Under the pieces are notes generated by a model. It saw nothing but the letters and a program-made list of their open reading frames with translations. It was not told where the DNA came from and ran no database searches. From a virus, in IMG/VR virus record IMGVR_UViG_3300006752_004097, positions 5,607 to 69,606 of that record: a stretch of DNA of 64,000 bases; one strand, written 5' to 3'. Below, one piece after another: positions 45,420-53,080 of this stretch (position 1 is its first letter; the number at the start of each line of letters is the position of its first letter). The position numbers and the translations under genes are program-made.

Positions 45420-45890
45420 ATATACAGCACATAAGGTTAGCAGGCCAGTATAATATACTGCTGAGTAAAAGGTCCCGTGATAAGGACACTCGTACATATT
45501 GATCGACTACCCAGAGGTAGGAAGCCAACAAACAAATTGGGCTCACTGGTTGATATAGATTGAATGCTGTCAGTCGAAAAACACAAACACGTACATAAAA
45601 ACTCTTTAGCAATAGGAACGAAGCGAGAGGTAGTTGGAAACAACGATGTCGACGTAGGTTGGGAAAGGTCAGAGCCCATTGTACTTTGTGTATAAACAAA
45701 TTACCTATTTCCAAGTCTTGGCTGTGACGAGCTCACATGATGTTCAAGATTAGATGGAACCCTTAAACAGGTTCCGTCTGACTGAAACAATCTACATGAT
45801 GCTAAATTGCTTCGCAATTATTATATCATTAATTAAAAGATATAATGTTTGAGCGTAAGCGAAAACATAGTTGCTCAAAGAGCAACTTAT
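45420..45890 (+). ncRNA. Candidate large structured non-coding element (RNA, or partly ssDNA hairpins)
   Basis: About ten local hairpins and at least four long-range 6-7 bp complementarities, with no credible protein. G-U pairs favour the + strand. Confidence 0.6.
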
Positions 45891-45923
45891 AGCATTTTAA
45901 TATGTTTCAGTATTCAAACAGTT

Positions 45924-46106
45924 CTAATCGTATAAATCAGGATCACGTCCTAATCCATTTGGTCTTTCCGGATGTACTTCGAGTATTATATACTCTTCAT
46001 CTGGTTTAACTTCTTTTAATTGTTGTACCGTCTGAAATGCTTCACTCTGCGAAAGTGCGGATATGACTACATTTTTAGGAACAACTACAAATTTTGTCTC
46101 TGCCAT
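45924..46106 (-). CDS. Small hypothetical protein
   Basis: 60-aa ORF with plausible composition and TTAAATA at 46115-46121 upstream. Confidence 0.55.
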   Translation of the reverse strand: MAETKFVVVPKNVVISALSQSEAFQTVQQLKEVKPDEEYIILEVHPERPNGLGRDPDLYD

Positions 46107-46170
46107 CGTAAGATTATTTAAAAGAATCTGATTGGAATAAATAGTTATAGTTAAAACAAAGGACTATTTC

Positions 46171-46824
46171 ATGAAAGTTACACAGATCGTTGCTGAATCC
46201 ACTAAAAAACCTGTTTCCGAGGCGCCTGTATCAGGCTTAGCACAGTTTGGTAAGAAAGTTCTTGCTAAAACAGCCGCAAAAGTAGGTGCAAAAAATTTCG
46301 CGTCTGGCGTTGCAGGCAACGTTGACACAGGTGCTGAAGCAAACGAATTACGTAAAGCATGGCAAAATCATCAAGGTTCTATTGGCGGTAAAATGGGTGC
46401 TAACGATCCAGCAGAGTTTAAGCAATGGTTACTTAACAATGGCTTTAAAGGCAAAGATGCAGTCATTGATAAAGCAATGACAGATAATAAAATTACAGGA
46501 CCGTTTGGTAAAGGTCCACTTGATAAAGCATTATTACAAATAGTACAGAATTCTAAAAAGGCGTCGGCACAAGGTGCTGGTGCAGATCAAACAGCCACAA
46601 AAGCACAAGCAGGGGCTACAGCAGGAGCAGGAGCAGGTAAAGGCGCTACAGCAGGAGCAAGTGCTACAGCAGGTGCAGGTAATGAAATTCCACAAGGAAT
46701 TAAAGATCAATTAGATCAACTTACACCTGGAGAGAAAAAATATTTAAGTGATACACTTGGTCAAGGTAGTGCTCCACCTAAGGCTACTCCAGCACCAACG
46801 GCACCAGCAGGAGCAACAGCATAA
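46171..46824 (+). CDS. Putative internal head protein
   Basis: Late promoter ATAAATA at 46137-46143 plus SD. MKVTQIVAE N-terminus and Ala/Gly/Lys-rich composition. Confidence 0.55.
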   Translation: MKVTQIVAESTKKPVSEAPVSGLAQFGKKVLAKTAAKVGAKNFASGVAGNVDTGAEANELRKAWQNHQGSIGGKMGANDPAEFKQWLLNNGFKGKDAVIDKAMTDNKITGPFGKGPLDKALLQIVQNSKKASAQGAGADQTATKAQAGATAGAGAGKGATAGASATAGAGNEIPQGIKDQLDQLTPGEKKYLSDTLGQGSAPPKATPAPTAPAGATA

Positions 46825-46825
46825 C

Positions 46826-49597
46826 ATGAAACTTAATGAAGTAACAGCATACAATCTTAAGTCACAAGCAATATTAACAGAATCTCAGTCATGGGAAATG
46901 TTAACTGAGCAACAAAAAATCTATGTTGGTTCATGGGAAAAGAATGTTTGGCCATTAGTTGAGCAGTACAGCAACTTAATGGAAGCCGATCTTAAACCTG
47001 ACGAAATACAAAAAATATTTACACAGGCTGAAAAAATATCAATTGAAGGCGGTGAGAATTTAACAGCATTAGGTAAAGCAGGTAAAGTAACTGCTGAAGT
47101 TTCAGGCAAGATGAAAACTGAAATTGACAAGTTAATGGATGCCGCGGCAAATAGCGGACCTGTTAAAAACTTTGATGCACAGTTTGAAAAACTAAAAACA
47201 CAATTAAAGACCAAAGTAAAAGATATGCCCGGCGGTCAAAAAATCCTTGCAGGAGTTGACAAGTGGGGCGGATTTGCAAAAGACAATCCAGCCAAGAGTG
47301 CATTTATTATTGGTGCAATGACATCAGTACTTGCATTTGCAAGTGGTGGTATTTTAAGTGGTGCCGCAATTGGTTTCTTCTTAAAGTTAGCAAACAACAC
47401 TATTAAGGGCGATAAACTATCAACAGCAGTTGCTAAAGGTGTTAAAGGCGCGGCAATTGGTGCTATTGCAGGTGCGTTGGGCGATGCTATATCAGGAACA
47501 GCAGAAGATATGTTCCCAGCAGAGATTACACAAACATTTATGACTACCAATGGCGAGATAGATATAACAGAACTAACAGCCATGGGTGCAGACAGTATCG
47601 AAGACTTAGATTCTGAAGCAATTAAAGAACTTATTCAAACACGTACAGCAATGATACAGATGATGCCTAAATTAGACGATGAAGCATCAGCAGTATTAGA
47701 TAAACAGTTAGACGCATTAAACGATAAAATATTCGAACTTGAACCAGATGGTAAAAATGTAAAACAAGCAATTGACAATCTTCAAACTAAATTTAACATT
47801 GAAGGTGAAGGCATTGACGTTGTTGTAAAATCAAACACTACAGGTGATGCAAACGTTACTTTAGCAGATCCAGATAAGTTAGGTGATGAAGGCGACTACG
47901 GTTCAGGACCTGAGCAAGATGTAGGTGGTACTGGCAAAGACACAGTTGACACAACAAGTACTGCTGACCCAGACGGAGATGTAGGTGCTGAAGGAACTGT
48001 AAAAGCACAGTATAGCAAAGAAGAAATGAACGAACTTGGTATGGACACAAGTGAACAACCAACAAGTACAGGAATTGCTAAACTTGGTGACGAACTTGAT
48101 TTAAGTCCAGAACAAGTTGAAAAACTTCAATCAGTTTATCAAATGGAAAAAGCAGTTTCAACCAGAGAGTTTATGGGCATAAAAATGTCCGCTGACACTT
48201 CAATAAAAGATTTTGCAGGTAGTACACCACAAGTAGTTGACGGACTTGAAGGCGAGTATGAAGCAGGATCAGTATTTAAAAAGACTATTGAAACTAAAAT
48301 TCCAGGTTCAGACAAACCATGGAGTGCATTAGTTACAGGTTCAGTTGAAGGTGTAGATGCAGAAGGAAATATTGTTTACTCAATGTCTAAAGTATTTGTA
48401 GGTCCGGAAGTAATGGACAGTGAATTCTGGGCAATCATTGATTCACTACCAGAAGACCAAAAAGACAGAATGATGGACATGTTTGATACATGGAAAGAAA
48501 CAGCAGAATTAGAAACAGGCATTGATACATTCAAACAAGACATGGCTGAAAAAATTATGCAAGGTGCGGCGGCAGTTGCACTTGGTGGAGCATTAGCCAA
48601 ATCAGAATATGTAGAAAAAGGTGCAAAGAAAGAATCAAAAGTTTATAAAAATGCAGAACAGTTAGAAGAACAATACTTTAACGAGTTAGAAGATTACATT
48701 CTTAATGAAATAGACATTAAACAAATGGCTAAGAAAGCCGCGGCAGGTGCGGCTAACATAGGTAAAGCGGCGGCTAAAGGTACAGGTAAAGCAGTAGGCG
48801 CTGGCTTAGACAAAGCAGGTGCAGTAGCAAACAAAGGTATTGGCAAGGCTGTAGGCGCAGTTTCAGGCGCGGCTAAAAAAGCAGGTAAAGAATTAGGACA
48901 GAAAGTTACAACACGTAAACTTAACAAGGCTTGGACAAAAGCAGGTGAACCTACAGACATTGGTTCTATTACTAATATACTTTCAGCACAAGGATTAAGC
49001 GATGAGCAGATCGGTACAGTTGCTAAAGATACAGGGCAACCTCTTAAGAAAGATCCAAACGCCGGTGGACAAGATCCAGAAGGCGAAACTGGTAGCACGG
49101 CGAGTTCGGGAGGTGTTAAAGGTGGTAAAGGAACTAAATCAAGTCCAGACCCTAAAGCAGACAAAGACGGTGACGGAATAGCAGACGGAAGTAGTGCATC
49201 AACATTACAAGGCAAGGCTTCCAAAGATCCATTTAACGATGGGCCGTTCGATATGAAGTCAAGTCCACCTAAGGGTACAAACGCAGGTGCAACTAAAGAT
49301 GACTTTGAATGGAAAGGCGCACAGTGGATTAGCACATCTACAGGAAAAGTTGCAGACAAGGCAACAGCGGCAAAACTTGGTAATCCTAAAATAAACGAAT
49401 TAATACGTGAGATTCAAAAAGCAAAAGTTGAAAAACTTGTTGTAGATTATCTTGCAGGATCGGATAAGAAAGCACCAGCGGCTAAACCAGCGGCTAAACC
49501 AGCAGTTACAAAAACAATGACTTCTAAAGCGGCTAAGAAAGCACCAGCACCAGCACCAGGCGATGCAGGTGGCAAGTACGCTTCAATTCAAAACTAA
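46826..49597 (+). CDS. Large putative internal/ejection protein (about 923 aa)
   Basis: Start reassigned to MKLNEV (46826), right after the upstream stop. It has hydrophobic Gly/Ala helices, an acidic middle and a Lys/Ala/Pro tail. Confidence 0.55.
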   Translation: MKLNEVTAYNLKSQAILTESQSWEMLTEQQKIYVGSWEKNVWPLVEQYSNLMEADLKPDEIQKIFTQAEKISIEGGENLTALGKAGKVTAEVSGKMKTEIDKLMDAAANSGPVKNFDAQFEKLKTQLKTKVKDMPGGQKILAGVDKWGGFAKDNPAKSAFIIGAMTSVLAFASGGILSGAAIGFFLKLANNTIKGDKLSTAVAKGVKGAAIGAIAGALGDAISGTAEDMFPAEITQTFMTTNGEIDITELTAMGADSIEDLDSEAIKELIQTRTAMIQMMPKLDDEASAVLDKQLDALNDKIFELEPDGKNVKQAIDNLQTKFNIEGEGIDVVVKSNTTGDANVTLADPDKLGDEGDYGSGPEQDVGGTGKDTVDTTSTADPDGDVGAEGTVKAQYSKEEMNELGMDTSEQPTSTGIAKLGDELDLSPEQVEKLQSVYQMEKAVSTREFMGIKMSADTSIKDFAGSTPQVVDGLEGEYEAGSVFKKTIETKIPGSDKPWSALVTGSVEGVDAEGNIVYSMSKVFVGPEVMDSEFWAIIDSLPEDQKDRMMDMFDTWKETAELETGIDTFKQDMAEKIMQGAAAVALGGALAKSEYVEKGAKKESKVYKNAEQLEEQYFNELEDYILNEIDIKQMAKKAAAGAANIGKAAAKGTGKAVGAGLDKAGAVANKGIGKAVGAVSGAAKKAGKELGQKVTTRKLNKAWTKAGEPTDIGSITNILSAQGLSDEQIGTVAKDTGQPLKKDPNAGGQDPEGETGSTASSGGVKGGKGTKSSPDPKADKDGDGIADGSSASTLQGKASKDPFNDGPFDMKSSPPKGTNAGATKDDFEWKGAQWISTSTGKVADKATAAKLGNPKINELIREIQKAKVEKLVVDYLAGSDKKAPAAKPAAKPAVTKTMTSKAAKKAPAPAPGDAGGKYASIQN

Positions 49598-49600
49598 TAA

Positions 49601-49834
49601 TTAAAAGAACGGCAATCCGGACTTCTTAGTAGTTTCCATATTATCTTCTACGATTTTTTTGACCATGTCTCGGTCTTCAGGACCCATATCATATGCTTCA
49701 GATAGAGTTACTCCACCACGCATATACCAAACAAGTTTAAGAATATTGTGTCTTAGTTCTTTGGCTGAGTTTTCAAGATCAGTAACTTCTTTCTGGATTT
49801 TGTCAAGAGGCCACTGTGCTATTTGCGTACGAAA
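49601..49834 (-). CDS. gp51-like tail assembly chaperone segment, probably reached by -1 frameshift from the gp26-like gene
   Basis: Manual translation gives 77 codons, FRTQIAQWPLDKIQKEV...WYMRGGVTLSEAYDMGPEDR...KKSGLPFF. There is no ATG/GTG/TTG in the first 37 codons. Confidence 0.65.
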   Translation of the reverse strand, partial: FRTQIAQWPLDKIQKEVTDLENSAKELRHNILKLVWYMRGGVTLSEAYDMGPEDRDMVKKIVEDNMETTKKSGLPFF

Positions 49835-50751
49835 AAATTTGATTGGTCAAACGACACTGGTACCTCCCAAGTTTCAGGTGCACCTGCCGCCTTCTCTTCA
49901 TCTGTTGCTTGTGCAACTAATGGTTTAAGTGAATGATCATTTCTTTTGTGTTCTATTGACTTTTTAACTCCATCAAAAATTTCTCCTGATGTTTGTTCAA
50001 AGAACTCAAGTATATGTTTCTTATCTGTTACTTTATCTTCAGCACCAAATTGAACCCAATCCATTTGTGTTACTACAGCGTCTAAAGTCATTGAAGTTAG
50101 TTTACCAAAACTTTGATTAAACTTCTTCATTTTTTCTTCTTCACTTAAATCTGTATCAGCAATGGTTTGCATCATACGTTGTTCTTCAAATGCCTTTAAT
50201 GCAGTTTTTGTAAACTGTCTATAATTTAAAGGTCTAATATTAAATGTAAATCCGTTGCTTACATATAATGGGTCGTATGTTCTACCTTGTACAGTATCTA
50301 ATAACATAATTAAATCTACTTCTACGTCCTTAGTCATTTCTGTGTTTGGAACCTGTGAAGTAATTGTAAGTTTTTCTCCATAAGTAGCAATCCTTACAGC
50401 AATCAAAATAGCATCAAGGTCTAAACTTGGTGTATCGTATGCATTTTTAATATTAGGAATACAACTTTGAATCATTGTTACTGTTGACTCACCGTTAATA
50501 AGTGCGTCTGGTGTTTTTAATACTAACTCATCTTTGGCAGTCATTGGATAGACTGGAACTTCACCATTTTCTGGTAAGTCAAGTGATCCTTCTGGCCAAT
50601 ATGATCCGCCTGACGGAAGTTTAAGATACAGTTTTGGCTGTCGAAAATGCTTCGTTAGGGGATTTGCCCGAACCGGTTGTACTGGTGTACCCGGTTGTGG
50701 TCCATTAGGCATCATTGGTATACCGCCTTGTGGAATTTTATTTTCTGACAT
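49819..50751 (-). CDS. Baseplate hub assembly/tail chaperone, gp26-like
   Basis: LKLPSGG..YPMTAKDEL.LK, DLDAILIAVRIATYGE and C-terminal SNFF. Confidence 0.8.
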   Translation of the reverse strand: MSENKIPQGGIPMMPNGPQPGTPVQPVRANPLTKHFRQPKLYLKLPSGGSYWPEGSLDLPENGEVPVYPMTAKDELVLKTPDALINGESTVTMIQSCIPNIKNAYDTPSLDLDAILIAVRIATYGEKLTITSQVPNTEMTKDVEVDLIMLLDTVQGRTYDPLYVSNGFTFNIRPLNYRQFTKTALKAFEEQRMMQTIADTDLSEEEKMKKFNQSFGKLTSMTLDAVVTQMDWVQFGAEDKVTDKKHILEFFEQTSGEIFDGVKKSIEHKRNDHSLKPLVAQATDEEKAAGAPETWEVPVSFDQSNFFVRK

Positions 50752-50763
50752 ATTTTTCTCCTG

Positions 50764-50790
50764 CTAAATAGTTATAGCAAAAGTATTTAT
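50764..50790. promoter_or_regulatory. Crossed pair of late promoters
   Basis: CTAAATA (+, 50764-50770) and ATAAATA (-, 50784-50790). Confidence 0.55.
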
Positions 50791-50817
50791 TGCATTTATA
50801 AAGTGAGTATTTAATTA

Positions 50818-53079
50818 ATGGCTGTAACAGCAGATATACCCGGAATTGGAAATATACAGATCCAAGACGCGGCTACCGAAGCGACACTAAAAGACATCCT
50901 TGCGGCTCTAAAGAAGGGTAACAAAGGTGGAGGCGGTGGAGCGGCTGGAGGCGGTGGCGGAGGTGCTGGCGGAATGGCAGGCGTAATGGAAAAAGCCGCC
51001 AAGAAAACTGGAAACTTTGCAGACGAAATAGAATCTACTACTTCTGTACTTGGAGATTTTGGTAGAGGCTTGTCAATGGTTGGTGGAATGTTCACCAAAG
51101 GTATTGGAATGGCCGCAGGTGCTGTAACTGGATTAGCAAGTGAGTTCATGGGTACCAGCGTTAAGATGAGCGACTTTGCTTCACAACTTCCTGTAGTTGG
51201 AAATGCATTAGGCGGAATATTACAAGTTGTTGAAGGCAGTGTACAGGAATTTAGAACTTTATCAGAAGTAGGTGCAAGTTTTGGTAACAACATTGTTGAA
51301 ATGAACTTGGCGGCATCAAATGCTGGAATGAGTTTAGAAAGTTTCTCAGGATTTGTAGTTAATCAATCACAAAACATGATGCTATTAGGAGGAACTACTT
51401 CTAATGGTGCAAAAGAGTTTGGAAAATTAATTAAGAGTTTACCAAGAAAAGAATTTATGGGAATGGGGTATGAAATGGATGCCCTTGCTGAACACACTGC
51501 TGAGTACATGGAACAACAAGCCATGCAAGGCAGACTTGCTGGAAGATCACAAGCACAATTAAAAGCAGGTTCAGAAGCATACCTAATGCAGATTGACAGA
51601 CTTGCTAAAGTAACAGGTAAGTCACGTAAAGAAGCAGAAGCACTATTAAAGAAACAAAGTGCTGAAGCAAACGTAATGGTTATGGCAAGTAAACTGTCAG
51701 GACAAGCATTAACCAACTTCCAAGACGGACTTGCATTTGTTGATTCAGAATTACCAGGATTTAGTAACGCTATTAAAGATATGGCAGACGGTGTTGCACA
51801 AACTCCATTAGCACAAAAACTTGCGGCAACTATACCAGGCTTTGCAGACTTACAGAAACAACTTGGCGACGGTTCAATTAGTCAAGAAGAATATGTTAAG
51901 AAAATGGCAGGCTTTGGACCACAAATGGACGAATTCTTTAAGAACATGGATCCAGCACAAGTATCAGCGTTGATGGGTAAAGAAGGTTTTGAAGGTATGA
52001 CATCGGGTCTTGCAGAATTTAATAAAATGTCTGCAAAATATCGAGACGCAGACTTTAAAGCAATGGAGGCAGAACAACAACAACGTGATAAAACTACACA
52101 AACAGTTTCCGAGTTTGAAGTAGCAATAACAGAAATGCGTAACAAAATTAAAACAACTGTACTTGACAGTGGATTGTTTGATTTGTTTATGGAAGGTATT
52201 GGCAAGTTTACTTCTTGGTTTACTGCTGAGGGTGAAGACGGTATTTCTGCTATGGACAAATACTTAGACGAACTTCTCTTATACGGTGAAGAGTTAGCGG
52301 CATTCTTAAAAGATACCTGGGAAGCATCAGACGGTGACTTAGGTACATTCTTTAGCACAGTTTGGGAAGATAGATTCAAACCTATGATTGATAAAGGATT
52401 TGATAAAGTTGGAGAAATGTTTGGCGATTGGTTTGGAGACTTCTTCAAAGAACATATTGGAACAGTAATTACTGGTGTACTTGGTGGACTTGCAGGATTA
52501 ATACTTGCAGGGTTTGTAACATCATTACTACCAGCAGTGTTTGGAATTATACTTGGACCAATTATTGCACCATTCCTTGCAATCGGTGCGGCATTAGTTG
52601 CTATATTTGGTTGGGAAACAATTAAAGGTTGGGTAGCACCAATATGGGACGTTCTATCAGGAATGTTTGGTTGGATTGGAGACTTCTTTGGAGGTCTCTG
52701 GGAAAAGACAAAGAATCTTGGTAAGAAACTTAATCCATTAAATTGGTTTGGTGGCGACGATGACGATGATGTAACTGATAAGCACGTAAAGAAAAACCAA
52801 ATTTCATCAACAATTGAAATGCCAGGAACACCAGCAACTGTAACAGCAGGGACGATGCCAGACTATGAAATGCCAGCAGTTACTACACCAGAAGTTGATA
52901 CTGCCAAAATTGTTGCCGATTCAGGAGTCACAAAAATGCTGGCAGACACCACAGACACGGTAAATAGTAACAGTAGCGATTTGTTATTAACAACATTAGG
53001 TGAACAAAACAAAATTTTGAAGCAGTTACTACGTGCAACAAATAGTTTGCAAGGTAATATGTTGAAAGGACCTGCATAA
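50818..53079 (+). CDS. Probable tape measure protein
   Basis: 753 aa, helical, Ala/Gly/Met-rich, with Trp/Phe-periodic repeats and a hydrophobic block. Adjacent to the gp26-like chaperone. Confidence 0.65.
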   Translation: MAVTADIPGIGNIQIQDAATEATLKDILAALKKGNKGGGGGAAGGGGGGAGGMAGVMEKAAKKTGNFADEIESTTSVLGDFGRGLSMVGGMFTKGIGMAAGAVTGLASEFMGTSVKMSDFASQLPVVGNALGGILQVVEGSVQEFRTLSEVGASFGNNIVEMNLAASNAGMSLESFSGFVVNQSQNMMLLGGTTSNGAKEFGKLIKSLPRKEFMGMGYEMDALAEHTAEYMEQQAMQGRLAGRSQAQLKAGSEAYLMQIDRLAKVTGKSRKEAEALLKKQSAEANVMVMASKLSGQALTNFQDGLAFVDSELPGFSNAIKDMADGVAQTPLAQKLAATIPGFADLQKQLGDGSISQEEYVKKMAGFGPQMDEFFKNMDPAQVSALMGKEGFEGMTSGLAEFNKMSAKYRDADFKAMEAEQQQRDKTTQTVSEFEVAITEMRNKIKTTVLDSGLFDLFMEGIGKFTSWFTAEGEDGISAMDKYLDELLLYGEELAAFLKDTWEASDGDLGTFFSTVWEDRFKPMIDKGFDKVGEMFGDWFGDFFKEHIGTVITGVLGGLAGLILAGFVTSLLPAVFGIILGPIIAPFLAIGAALVAIFGWETIKGWVAPIWDVLSGMFGWIGDFFGGLWEKTKNLGKKLNPLNWFGGDDDDDVTDKHVKKNQISSTIEMPGTPATVTAGTMPDYEMPAVTTPEVDTAKIVADSGVTKMLADTTDTVNSNSSDLLLTTLGEQNKILKQLLRATNSLQGNMLKGPA

Positions 53080-53080
53080 T

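Noticed and set aside
45418-45714. Minus-strand ORFs 45418-45714 and 45437-45679
   Set aside because: Atypical Cys/Leu/Ser-rich composition, no SD or promoter, and they overlap the structured element. Treated as spurious.
45420-45800. Group I or group II intron, RNase P or tmRNA identity for the structured element
   Set aside because: No interrupted host gene, and no recognisable P7/S, domain V, GAGGAAAGUCC or tRNA-like termini by eye. A covariance search is still needed.
46748-46825. N-terminal extension of the 949-aa ORF
   Set aside because: It overlaps the upstream gene. ATG 46826, directly after the upstream stop, is the more plausible start.
49659-49928. Plus-strand 89-aa ORF
   Set aside because: Antisense to the gp26-like gene and its -1 frame extension, which explain the region better.
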